56,275 nt of DNA from Macrostomum lignano (Eukaryota). The stretch covers positions 1 to 56,275 of the forward strand of contig NIVC01001429.1 of assembly GCA_002269645.1 (NCBI GenBank), in the 5' to 3' direction. The first letter of the stretch is position 1, and every line of letters begins with the position of its first letter. Below the pieces are notes generated by a model. It ran no database searches. It was not told the DNA's origin and saw only the letters and a program-made list of their open reading frames with translations. Below are positions 1-11,446 of the stretch, piece after piece. The position numbers were made by a program, and so were the translations under genes.

Positions 1-208
1 CCGTTCGTACTGTGTGGCACAAACAATAATTGAATGGTAACTATAAAAATAATAACTACTAAAAATCTGGATAAAAATATTTCATTCAAAGGTTCTTTTC
101 TAAATATTACAATTTATGATATGATATCTAAAGACAAGGAAACACCGTCACAAAGTAAAAATTGTCAGGCACTTTATTAAGTTCACTTCAAACTTCACCT
201 ACAAAGCT

Positions 209-756
209 CTAAATAGTGCTCTTAGGATTGACACAATTTCATGGCTATCACCATTGTGCACTCTCAGTGATTCCAACATTGTATATGCCACAGAATGCTG
301 CAAAGGCCGCTCCAGTGCCAGCAGCCGCTGTTCCTGACAGTCCAGCTGCTCCAATGCTCTGACCAACAGACACCACAAATGGGGTTGTTCCTGCTCCTAA
401 AGATTGTATCCAGGCTGCAGTTGAGCCAGCAGTAATTCCAGCTGCTTTAAATCCAAGCAGACCAACAGCCCATGGTGCAGCAACAATGGATCCAGCAGTG
501 GCTGCTCCTCCCAAAGCAATGCATTTTCCAACTCTCCAGTAATTGTAACCTGAGTAAGAAAAAAACATACAGAATGCCATGTGTAAAGCCATGCAAGGTG
601 ACTGCAACTGGCCTTGTTGCAGCCAGGTGCAAAAATTTAGTTATACTGAATAGACTTACAAGTTTTGACCTGCTGTTCTTTGTCGCAAGCAAAACATGGT
701 CCAAGTTGGATGGAAAGCAGAAGAGCCAAAACTAGAAGCACTTTAGCGGGCTGCAT
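209..756 (-). CDS. ISG12/IFI6/IFI27-like protein with signal peptide; two exons (756-660, 549-~209)
   Basis: aaaaATG at 756 gives MQPAKVLLVLALLLSIQLGPCFA. GTAAGT donor at 659, polypyrimidine-CAG acceptor at 550, phase 1 on both sides. Exon 2 has the ISG12-type motif LGFKAAGITAGSTAAWIQS and Gly/Ala-rich hydrophobic helices. Two 1-bp deletions near 260-268 shift the last ~20 codons relative to the other copy. Confidence 0.75.
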
Positions 757-1089
757 TTTTGTCAACTCCGAAAGTTATTTTAAAACATGCAAAAATTCAC
801 TATATAGTTTTTTATATTGTGAAATGAACGACAATGCAGAGCAGTGCGACTGCGCGTCAGCACTGGCATACACATATATAGAGATGAGGGAAGGGAGGAC
901 GAGAGAGGAAGAGAGAGGAAGAAAGACTTTAAAATACACTGGCCCCTAAAGGCATTGTTATGAGTGTGAGGCTCACATCCGCCGTACGGAATATTATTCA
1001 AGGCAGTGTACTTTTTAGTCAATGAGAGCCCACAGGCACAATGCAAATGGCTTTACACATGGCATTCTGTATGTTTTTTTCTTACTCAG

Positions 1090-1433
1090 GTTACAATTAC
1101 TGGAGAGTTGGAAAATGCATTGCTTTGGGAGGAGCAGCCACTGCTGGATCCATTGTTGCTGCACCATGGGCTGTTGGTCTGCTTGGATTTAAAGCAGCTG
1201 GAATTACTGCTGGCTCAACTGCAGCCTGGATACAATCTTTAGGAGCAGGAACAACCCCATTTGTGGTGTCTGTTGGTCAGAGCATTGGAGCAGCTGGACT
1301 GTCAGGAACAGCGGCTGCTGGCACTGGAGCGGCCTTTGCAGCATTCTGTGGCATATACAATGTTGGAATCACTGAGCAGTGCCACAATGGTGATAGCCAT
1401 GAAATTGTGTCAATCCCTAAGAGCACTATTTAG
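1090..1433 (+). pseudogene. Second copy of ISG12-like exon 2; intact frame but no exon 1 visible
   Basis: Mirror of 549-209, acceptor cttactcag at 1081-1089. The duplicated arm starts inside the intron (~1047). Confidence 0.65.
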
Positions 1434-1993
1434 AGCTTTGTAGGTGAAGTTTGAAGTGAACTTAATAAAGTGCCTGACAATTTTTTACTTTGTGACGGTG
1501 TTTCCTTGTCTTTAGATATCATATCATAAATTGTAATATTTAGAAAAGAACCTTTGAATGAAATATTTTTATCCAGATTTTTAGTAGTTATTATTTTTAT
1601 AGTTACCATTCAATTATTGTTTGTGCACACAGTACGAACGGTGTTTTAAACGTATATTTTTTAACGTTGACCGCCTCTTCGTGTCTGCTTCACGCCCCGC
1701 CCCAACCATTTTTTTATTAGAGGCAGGGGGTTGTGTGCACCCTGGCGCACTTTAAGCGACATAGGCACACAACCGGCGAGAGGCATTACTGCCCATTCCG
1801 CCGACTCCCCTGAGCAGGCATACAAGCGCGCGGATACGTACGCAGGCACACACTCACACAGGAGTGTACAGCGGCCCTAACTTTATATTATCCTTAGGCA
1901 TGTACACTTCACTGCGCCTTGGGGGTTGGCTCTCAAGGCCGTTAATTGCACGAGCAGAGCCAAGCCGAGATTCCAATTTAGCCCCAAATTAAT

Positions 1994-2067
1994 GTGACTG
2001 CACTTGGAATCGAGCCTGGGTCGCTGGCACACCAGAGCAGCTGCGCTACCGCTGGGCTACGGCCCCC
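1994..2067 (-). mobile_element. tRNA-like Pol III head, probably a SINE or tRNA pseudogene
   Basis: Minus strand has box A TAGCCCAGCGG (2059-2049) and box B GGCTCGATTCC (2016-2006) at tRNA-like spacing. No convincing full cloverleaf. Confidence 0.5.
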
Positions 2068-3189
2068 CCTCCGCCCCAACCATTCCGTACACTCACTTCC
2101 TTTTTCCCGCTGCTATTTACTCAATGCTCACGCAACAGACCCACTTATTGTATTAACGTCTCTAAAGCTTAAACCTGTATTATGTTTCTTCCGGACTTGT
2201 ACTTGCTCGCTTAACTTTTACTATTCACGTCAATTTTCCGCCCTCGCCCTCGCCGTAAGCTAACAGATGACTAACTGCACTCGTTTAATATATAATCATT
2301 AGTTCGGACAAGTGAGGTCTTTGCGTTATTCTCACTGCACAGTGACTGGCAGTAGCGTTGCTTTTTATTATACTTTACACTAGCAACCATTCGCGTACAT
2401 CGCCCCAGTTTCTCCGCCCCTCACCCACCTGAATCCCTCGCAGTACCGGATTCTCAAACTCCCCTATTCTCCAACAATACAGTATATAGTGATGGATTGC
2501 ACAAGTAGTGTAAGAAAAATCAATAGAAGAAAAAAATTGCCAATGGCGTTGCTACAACTTACCAATTTCATTCCCTGCCGCTGATGAGGTGGGGAACCAC
2601 TTTCCTAACGACGGCGGGGTTTACACAGCGCATGCAATTAAACAGCACTAGACATGCCCGTAACTACGGGGGCGAGGGCTAGACGGTTAGACTTAGCGGA
2701 TTACTCTGGTTGCGTTAGAGCATCTGGGAGAGCTCAGTTCACTGTCCTTCTGTGCGGGCCGGCCCACGCATCCGCCCCTCGGTTGCCACGCCAGTCGGGG
2801 TTGGGCGTCGGTCCCGGGCCTGCCCGCAGCTCCTCTCCAGGAGCGGCCTCCGCGCCGGGCTCATTAAGAATTCGCCTCGCATTTGATGTCTGTCTGAAAT
2901 TGATGGAAGCTGCTGTAGCTTTGCCATGCGCTGCGTGCACTATTGTAGGCTCAGCCTATGCCCATTTCTATTGTTCTGGCTTAATTTCTAAACCCTATAG
3001 AGGGGGTCGGGGCCCATGTAGGGACTTATAGAAGTAGCACCACTTGACTTGAAGCACAGACCAATAAGTATAAGCAAGCTTCCGGCTCGCTGCTCTCTTT
3101 TGATTTACAAAATGCAGCGAAATCAACTTCGCGAGCTGCGGCTGCGGTGGGAGTCTTCCGTTTCTTTTCAGCTTTCGGCAGCAGATGGT

Positions 3190-3420
3190 CAGGGAAAGCT
3201 GGGAAGATGGAAGGAACGGCATTTGGATATAGCCGTCTTTTGACGCTAGGCAGAAAGCCTGCAAATTGCTTTTTGAAGCAAGATTCCTCAAATGCATTGA
3301 GCAGACTTGCGTGGATGGCGATGGCTCAAAATATTTTCTTCTCAGCGCTATCAGCAACTTTTTCCTTATTTCATCGTCCTTTGGAAAAGTATGAAGGACA
3401 CTCCCGCCACACTCCCGCAA
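3190..3420 (-). pseudogene. THAP-domain fragment
   Basis: VLHTFPKDDEIRKKLLIALRRKYFEPSPSTQVCSMH matches the THAP pattern FP..W..(R)...VCSxH. The N-terminal CxxxC is missing. Confidence 0.6.
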
Positions 3421-3930
3421 CAAAATAGAACGCCGATTTACCGAGGTTGGCCTGAAGGTTGACGACGCCATAGTCAAGTCACGCCTCATCTCTGCGTTGC
3501 CGCCCCACATTCGCTCCGCACTCGTCGGACATGAGCACAGCCCGCTGGATAATTTTGCCAAGATCGCCGACAGCATGCTCGTAGTGGCCGGTCTACCCTC
3601 ACCATTTGCCGACATCAATCAGTTGTCCACTGCCGCTAATGCAGAGCAGCAACCGGCCCGGCATTTCTCCCGGCGACCTGACGCTCCGGCTCACGACGCC
3701 GACGGCAGCGACCACTCGTCTGCAATGCGCACATCTACTATGCCGGCAGAGCTCGAACTTGCCGACCCTGGTGCAAGTGGCCAGGTCCAAAGCCATCGAA
3801 CATGCTCCGCCAAGGTCAGCCGACACCCGCCCAGTCTCGCACGGCTTCGCCGACCCCAAACGAGTGAGTCATGTGCAGCGGCCGGGCCATGACAACGCAC
3901 AGGCCCGCACACCTATCGTTTCCGCTCAAA
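3420..3930 (+). mobile_element. Gypsy/Ty3 gag fragment
   Basis: KVDDAIVKSRLISALPPHIRSALVGHEHSPLDNFAKIADSML resembles the C-terminal gag region of Gypsy elements. A Gypsy integrase lies on the other side of the inserted TEs. Confidence 0.5.
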
Positions 3931-4160
3931 TACACCATTTTGCCTCCTATTTTGAACAAAGTCTTGTTCAAAAGAAACAAGCAGAACTTCAATTCAAACA
4001 CTTTAAGAAATATCAGCCCTTGCGGAAATTCAAATCAAACAAAGTCCTTTTCTATTGAAACAGACGAAATTCAATTCGATCAGACTGTCTGTGGCCAAAA
4101 TTGTCCCCCAGTGACGCGCATGCGCAGATTTTAAATTCAAAAGAAACAAAGTCACATTCT

Positions 4161-5706
4161 TGACTTACTTGACTTAGCTGCAGGGGGCGTCCGGCGGATG
4201 CAGCGAGGAGGCGGAGGAGACCGCCCATTCCGCTAGCCCCTGGCGACCAAAGACTTCCATCGAAGTGATGTCGCTCAGGGGACTCGTCGGTCTCGCCTGC
4301 AGCGCGTTCCTCCTCACCGGCGGTGGGGAAGAGATCAGCTCGTCCCGTGTCCCTGAGGTACCGGGCGAGCAGCGGGATGCTCTCGGGCCTGCAAACGTCG
4401 GAGAGAACCGGGTTTGGCCCGAGGTGAGTGAGCCTGGCCTTGGTGAAAACCGGGCAGTGGCAGATAAAGTGCTCGGCGTTCTCACTGCCTGAGCGGCAGA
4501 AGGGGCACCGCTCCTCGGGTACTTGGCCCTGAAGGAACCGGTGGCGAGAGAAGCAGCCATGCCCGGAGAGGGCCATGCTAACTGCTCTGAGGTCTCTGCG
4601 GTTGAGCCTGAGGAGGGCTCTACGCAGGAGAGGAGAGGGGCAGGGGACGGCCGCACGGGATTGCCTACAATTCCGGGTGTCGTGCCACCTGCGGAGATGC
4701 TCGGAGTCAGTCCAGCGCTTAACGCGGGAGTTAATCACCGAGGCGGGGATGGGGGCTCCCGGCCCGGCCCCAGCAGCGCGCCGGCGGAGCCAGCCTTGGC
4801 CAGCAGGTCAGCGCGCTCGTTGCCGAGGAAGCCGGCGTGGCCCGGGATCCATCTGAGCTCCACCTGGTTGCCTAGCGCAAGCCCGTTGAGCTGGGTGTTG
4901 CAGTCCAGGACGGACCTGGAGCTGGCGGTGCTGCGGCAGAGGGCCCGAAGGGCTGCTTGGCTGTCAGAGTGAAAAATAAATTTCCGACCGCTGAGCTGCC
5001 TTCATCGCAGCTCTGCCGCGCAGGAACTGATGGCAAGCACCTCGCTCTGAAAAACACTGGAGTTGGGCCCAGTGTGCTAGGAGTAGCTCCACACCACTTC
5101 TCCCTTGAAGAAGACGCAAGCTCCGAAGCCTGAAAGACCATGCCTCATAGAGCCGTCAGTGTAACAGTGGACTTCAGAATCGCTCCAGCTGTCGCTCGCC
5201 TCGTGTCGAGGCTGAACAGTGACCTTATACCTTTGGCTCAGGAGAAGGGTGGCTGGGATCGAGTCCGTGAGGATGTTGAGCCCGCCACACTCCTCGAGAG
5301 CCTTGAGGCAGAGGTCAGAGTGCGGGATAAGCGACCGCTTCTTAAAGGCCCGCACTTTTTTGAAGGCCACCCCAGCATCCAGAAGACGCCGGGTGCTCTT
5401 CGTCGCCTCTCCTTTGATATAAATATCCAGAGGAGGGGTGCAGAGGAAGGCATTCATGCCTTCAAAAGGAGTAGAGGGTGGAGCGCCCATAGTAATGCGG
5501 CAAGCTCTGCCCTGGATTTTGTAGAGAGCGTCGAGGTTGCTCTTGACGCTCAGGCCGCTAGCCCACACGAGGCTGGCGTAACTGATCGAGGGGCGGATGA
5601 TGGCAGTGTAAATCCACCACAGCTTCCTGGGGGTGAGCCCCCAAGTGGTGCCCACGGCGCTCCTGGTCTGAGCCAGGACAGCTAGGGCTTTTTTGGCTTT
5701 AGTTTG
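4161..5706 (-). mobile_element. 5'-truncated non-LTR retrotransposon (RT C-terminus, RNase H, CCHC knuckle)
   Basis: 13-bp TSD aaagtcacattct at 4148-4160 and 5707-5719. Motifs WGL...IYTAIIRPSISY, YTDGS, SVFQSEVLAI, SDSQAAL, WIPGHAG..GNERAD and CPFC-x8-H-x4-C. In-frame TAG at ~5077. Short-repeat tail aagtcaagtaagtca. Confidence 0.9.
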
Positions 5707-6186
5707 AAAGTCACATTCTATTTCGACAGAGATTTTTGCACATAGGTACAAGTACATTTTTAGTAATCTATTTTTTTTGTTTTTCCTGTACTGCATAACT
5801 GTACAATCGTTGCGCAACAAGAAACGATATGAATGCTGAAGATCAGATTGAAGAAGACGATGAATTGCTGGAACCAGCAAAATTTCATCGCTTCGATAGC
5901 TGAGCAGCACGGGAATCAGTCAATGGCGGCCTATCGGCGAGACATTCGTACAACATGGTGGACAGAACCATTGGCTGCATCTCTGTGAACAAGTGCATTG
6001 AGTGGTTCAACCATGTGTTTACATACGTCCCTCGCTGCGTTGGTGGACAGGTAATTGATGGTTAGGTGTCTTGCTCCTGTTTTTCATTTTAATCTTATGT
6101 TCGTCGATATGCTGTGTTTTATCCCTTTGTCGAAATAGAATGTGACTTTGTTTTTTTTTGAATTTCAAATCCGCGCATGCGCGTCA

Positions 6187-9140
6187 GGGTAAATCTCAAA
6201 TTGAAATATACGTAAGTTATAAACAAATTTTTTCTTTCAGCATGAATTTAATTGTTAAACCAGAAGTATTTGTACATAAATTTAACTTTTATTTATAAAA
6301 AACTGATTGAAAAATGTGTCTTTAAACTTTTAGCCAGAGCTTATGCTTTTATCGTGGCGATAGCGACCGAAAACGTATTTTTCTGACTTGTACTTTAAGT
6401 ACGTTTTTTTGTTTCATAACGCTCTTTTGTGTACGTGTACTATTTTTGTCTATGGGACAATGACTGAAAATATAGGGGAAAACCTTTATCTGTGAGCTTG
6501 TGGATATTTTACGGCTGTGTTTTCAATATTTATGAACTTATTTAGCCCTGTCTTAATTGCATGACACTTGTCTACTGTTGAAAAATTCCTGTAAGGTGTA
6601 GGTTTTCTGATAAACAACGCCAAACATTTTGATCTTTAGTGATTCATTCTTTCAGAGACATTTTAAATATTGTTATTTTGTTTTATCTGCGACTGTCAAT
6701 GCATTGTTACTTACTTATGCCTATTGATGTTACATTTTGACTTTTTTCATGAGCACAAAATTTCCTGTAAGGTGTAAGTTTACTCAGCTCATAAGCATGT
6801 AAATGTTCCCAAAACTTGTTATTATGTAGAAAAATACTAAACAAAGAGTAGTTTTTATTGCATGTTCTTGTGATTTTACTAAAGAAGTATAGACCTTATT
6901 AAGTTCATTATATGGGTTTTTACCATTTATAGCCAACTAACATACTTAAGTAAGCAGTTTGTTTATTTTTGTATGAAAATCTTTGATGAATTCGCTTGTA
7001 ATGATATTCAATTTTGATCTTATGTGTATATTTTGAGCTCTAATGTTTGGTAATCCATATAAATATTCTAATTTGTTTTTGCCAATGTATTTAATATATT
7101 CCTCCAATGTTATCATATTTGAATGCCTATTTGGGCTAGCAAAAGACAATAGGTATGGCAGGAACAGGAACCCTTAGAAACAGTTTGCATGGTTAGGAGA
7201 AAGCAAAAAGAATCCTGGTATTGCATACTTTTATTGTATTTAATGACACCTTAGAAAGCCTTTTTACTCATAATTAGGAAGCACAATCTATCTACTTCTA
7301 TTTGTATTTATATCTCAATATCTGTGTGTAGCAGTATATGTTTACCTTGCAATTTGAATGCCATATCTATTATTTCTATTTAGTCATTTTCAATTGTACT
7401 CTGCTATCTTGGTATTCATTTACAAAAATACAAAGTGAGAGTCTATCTGTCTATTTGTAAATTTTGGCAATTTTCAATGTAGACATTCCTAAAATTACTA
7501 CAGTTATTTTCTTTAAATTGATACCAGATAACATTAAGATGATAATACCTCATTCTTATATGGTTTCTATTTTCTACAATACACAAATTTACTTCAAAAT
7601 TCATTTCTTGTCTGGAATAAAAGTGGATATTGCATGATAATAGAATATATTTATATGTATCTCTATAGTACAGTGCAAGAAGGGAGTGTTGGCCATGATG
7701 GCATAGCAGTCATGAGGGTAGAAAGAATTGCTGGGCTGGGCCAATGCCAAATGCCACACATGCACATTGTTTCACATGTGCACTGTGTAGTTACAGTGTT
7801 GGGCATAAAAACTAACACATCTATGTAAGAGTTTGAAATCCTATATACTGTATTTGTACTGTCAGTTGCATCTTATCCTGGCCTGTACATCTGTTGCTTT
7901 CTCTTAGCATACTGTATTACCTTTCTCTCAGCATATATATATGTTTTAGTTTCCAGTTTAACATTTGCCATTTGCCATTTACATTTTTCTTAGTTTTCAG
8001 TGCCATATCTGCTTTATATAGTATTTTTCAGTCTGTAAGTTTTCTGTTTTTTTTCTTTTTGCCAGTATCTTTTTGGCTTTTATTTACTGTTGTACATTTT
8101 CCCAGTGCGAGTAACTGTACGCTTTTAATTTCATTGCATTTTTATGGTCTGCACTTCTTTATATAAGTCCAGTGCAGTTCAAGTATCTGTTTCAGTCTGT
8201 TTTTTTCTTGCACATTTTAAAGTAGAAATGGGAAATATACATGCAATTTTTTGTTTTGCTTTAATTTACAAACAAACATCAACATTCTACAGACGATATA
8301 TTTGATCAGTGATGGAAACCTTAGTCAAAACTTCAAAAGTAAAATGTATAAGTATATTTTTTAACTTCTAGCTTTTTAGCAGTATGAGAGAACAGCAGCT
8401 TCGAGTTCTTTGTCAAGAAATTAAGGGAAAGTATTGGTGTTATTTTTGTGGTATGGCTTGCAATTTGATAGTTGCAAAACTTGATTCAGTTGAATTAAAG
8501 AGACAAACGTGTAATTTAAAGAAAATTCAATACATTTGCTTAATTAAAATATGTTCAAGTTGAATACTAGATCCATGATCCATCGGTGTCAGTCTGAATA
8601 TTACAGAATTTGTAGGTTTCGCCATATTAAATTTTAGTAAAGATAAATAACCCAATTGGCATCGTTTCATTGCCATCAATAATAAACTCCGTTCGTTATC
8701 AGTCCGTCAACGGGATATGTTGTCGATATATATATAAAAAATGGTTTAGGTACCGTATATTCCGTTTATATTAAATCAGGCAGATTCTTAGCACGTTAAA
8801 TTAAGTAACTATAAACAGCCTCAATTTATAACAAAATGTTTCTTAAAAACAAAGAATATTTTGTGTATACTACAAACCAATAGAAATTTAACTCTAAAAA
8901 AACAAAAACTACAATTTTGTATGTTAAATAAACAAACAGTTTATCTTTGGTATTAATCGTTGTCAGAATACCCTTCGAAAAAACAAACAGCATTCTTTCT
9001 TGAAATTCAGGCCTACTTGTGGTTTTAAGTAGAAAAATTATTATATTATTGTTTAATCTTCAGAGGTAAAGCATTATTTTGCATGCCACAGAACTTTTAT
9101 TTTTTGTCAATTTTTTTACTTCTGTGTTTGAGATTTACCC
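6187..9140. mobile_element. 2.95-kb AT-rich DNA transposon-like insertion; no transposase recognised
   Basis: 14-bp TIR GGGTAAATCTCAAA (6187-6200, 9127-9140) and 4-bp TSD GTCA (6183-6186, 9141-9144). The empty site matches the opposite TIR of the host MITE (ccccgagtgacgcg). Confidence 0.75.
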
Positions 9141-9321
9141 GTCACTCGGGGACTATTTTGGCCACAGACAGTCTGAATTGAAGTTCGTCTGTTTCAATAG
9201 AAAGGGAATTTGTTTGAATTGAATTTCCGCAAGGGCTGTTATTTCTTAAAGTGTTTGAATTGAAGTTCTGCTTGTTTCTTTTGAACAAGACTTTATTCAA
9301 AATAGGAGGTAAAATGGTGTA

Positions 9322-10426
9322 CTTTTACCTCCACCGCCTTACCACCCAGGTGTGAAGGCCACGCTGCGTTTAGTCGCCCATCATTTTTTCTGGCCATGCA
9401 TGAAATCAGACATACAGCGCTGGACGGCAGAATGCACACAATGTCAATCAGCGAAAATCGGTCGTCATGTTCGCCGACCACTGCACCACCTGCCTGCACC
9501 TACACAGCGGTTCACAACGGTCCACATGGATTTAGTCGGACCGCTCCCGGTGCCGGACCCAACCGAAACAGCTGCATTCTTAGCCGCGGTATTTACTAAC
9601 CATCGTGGACTCGTACTCCCGCTGGGTCGAAGCAATCCGATTGCAATCGATCACCAGTACGGTTGTTGCACAAGCCTTTGTCGCCCACTGGGTTTGTCGA
9701 TTTGGCCCACCGTTAACACTCATCACAGACCAAGGAGCTCAATTTCGCTCGGACCTAATGGCAAACCTGGTGAATCTTCTCGGTGTCCATCACACCCGCA
9801 CAGCCGCATATAATCCTAAGGCCAACGGTATGATCGAGCGAGTTCATCGCACACTGAAGGCCAGCCTCAGAGCTCGCGGCCGGTGCTGGCTTAACCAGCT
9901 GCCCATCGTTTTATTCGGATTGCGCATTAACCCCGACGACCAGGGTCACTCGCCATTCTCAATCGTCACGGAAGAACAGCCGCTAGTTTCACCGGTCACA
10001 ACTGATGACGACGACCAGCGTCAGCTGTAGACTCAACTACACGACCTGTTTTTGCCGTACCGCTTGCCGCGGACCCGTCAGCAGCCTGTCCACATACCTC
10101 CGGAGCTGGAATCCTGCGAGTTTATGTGGCTCCGAGTTGACAGAGTTAAGTAACCGCTCGAGGCGCCATATCAAGAACCCTACAAGGTGTTGCGACCTTC
10201 AGCGACCACCGTGACGCTCGTCTTAAAAGGCAAGCCCCAGGCCGTTTCCATCGAGAGAGTGAAGCCGGCAGTGCTACCGGACAGTCAGCGCCAGACCCGA
10301 GCAATGACGAGAGAGGCACGGCCGGACAAGCCAGCGACTACCCCTGCGAAGAAACAGCGTCCCGCGAAGGAAACCCAACGCGTTCGTTTTTCCGAGAAGC
10401 CAACGGTTCACGTTAGTGATTATTGA
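9322..10426 (+). mobile_element. Degenerate Gypsy/Ty3 integrase
   Basis: HPGVKAT...CTQCQSAK zinc motif, VHMDLVGPLP, ITDQGAQF, AYNPKANGMIERVHRTLK and a GPY motif. Several frameshifts. Confidence 0.9.
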
Positions 10427-10520
10427 TCAACAATCCCTTATCGAACACTCAACAAACAAACAGGAATAAATTAACCCTACTGATCGCCAAACATCGTTTA
10501 TAGTTGTTCGCTTTTCCGTT

Positions 10521-10750
10521 GGGGGGAAGTGTTTGTAGCGCCTTGTTTCCCACGGTCCCTGCGTTCATTAAAAGTACTTTCTTTTGAGTGCCCACAAGCT
10601 AGGTTGTCTATGGCCCAAACTCCAACTCTCGGTTGCAGCCCCAAACTAACTGTACTTTATTTTTATTAAATAGACGCGATCGCCCCCCAGCCGATCGCCC
10701 CCCAGCCGAGATTTAACCTTTCGCCCAACTTAATCAATCATCTTCATCTT
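10521..10750 (+). mobile_element. Putative polypurine tract and start of a 3' LTR
   Basis: GGGGGGAAG (10521-10529) is followed directly by TG, downstream of the integrase. No matching 5' LTR was found. Confidence 0.4.
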
Positions 10751-10758
10751 TTGGTAGC

Positions 10759-11040
10759 CAGTGCTACAAGCTAAGCAAAGTTATTAAAATAATTTTGCTC
10801 AAAATGAAACGAAAGAACAATCTGAATCTTCTAAATTGCCGAGGAAAAGAAGGGAGAAAATCATGGCAGCTTAGGCTGTGCTGTTGGCTGCTCAAACAAC
10901 GCAGCGATGCCTCTGGCGGTGGCGGGAGTGTCCCTCCTTACTTAGTTGCGACGCCTCCCCGCTGTATCCGCATGCCCGGAGTCCTTCCATACTTCTCCAC
11001 AGGACAAGGAAATGAGAAAAAGTGGCTGATAGCGCTGAGA
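10759..11040 (+). pseudogene. THAP-related fragment, also present at ~47564-47830
   Basis: Shared start ccagtgctacaag. FHTFPQDKEMRK(KW)LIALR-like translation related to 3190-3420. Confidence 0.5.
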
Positions 11041-11446
11041 TTTCGGCATTCAGATTTCAGCCTTCTTGGATGTGCCACACATTTTGAAGCTGATTCGAAA
11101 CCAGTGGCAGTCCTTGTGAACATCTGCTTGGCCGAACAGAGCAACATATTGAATGGAAATATGTTGCAGGCTTGCAGCAAGTACAGGAAAGCCACGGACT
11201 CAGTCTGGGCAATAAGTTTCGCTCAGCATTTAGGCAGCGGCTGGTGCATGCCGGAGATGGGATTCTTCAGTCTGTCAGTCCGCATGTGAAGCAGCAGGAT
11301 GCCACCATTCAACTGTCCTTGTCATGCCTACCATCATCAGCTGAATCAGCATAGAAGCAGTGGAAGCTGAAGGTTCAGAATGAAATGGGACTGGAGTCTT
11401 AAAATCACCCAGCACTGTAAAAATGTATCTAATTGTCTAGTGCGTA

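Larger units (their letters stand above)
1..1641. repeat. Inverted duplication, arms ~1-592 and ~1047-1641, with a ~450-bp unique spacer
   Basis: Window start ccgttcgtactgtgt is the reverse complement of 1627-1641. The match continues to agaatgccatgtgtaaagccat (571-592) versus 1047-1068, with only single-base indels noticed. Confidence 0.9.
3933..9319. mobile_element. Non-autonomous TIR element (MITE-like, ~870 bp when reconstructed), interrupted by two younger insertions
   Basis: Termini CACCATTTT...AAAATGGTG with TA on both sides. Left TIR 3933-4160 plus 5720-~5727 matches right TIR ~6127-6186 plus 9145-9319. Confidence 0.75.
2563..10520 (+). repeat. Composite TE segment duplicated at 42555-47412 and again, inverted, in the right palindrome arm
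   Basis: caatttcattccctgccgctgatgagg at 2563 and 42555. The two copies give nearly identical ORF translations. The second copy lacks ~6135-9290, replaced by ~50 bp of filler at ~46137-46185. Confidence 0.9.

Noticed and set aside
5077-5910. 277-aa ORF as an intact gene
   Set aside because: Its N-terminus is chance read-through from MITE sequence across the LINE's truncation point at 5706.
6200-9126. Transposase exons in the 2.95-kb insertion
   Set aside because: Only short ORFs in very AT-rich DNA, with no DDE motif recognised.
11040-11446. STAS domain of SLC26-A
   Set aside because: Only weak, frameshifted hints (TVLG; LLQACNIF); no recognisable STAS motif.
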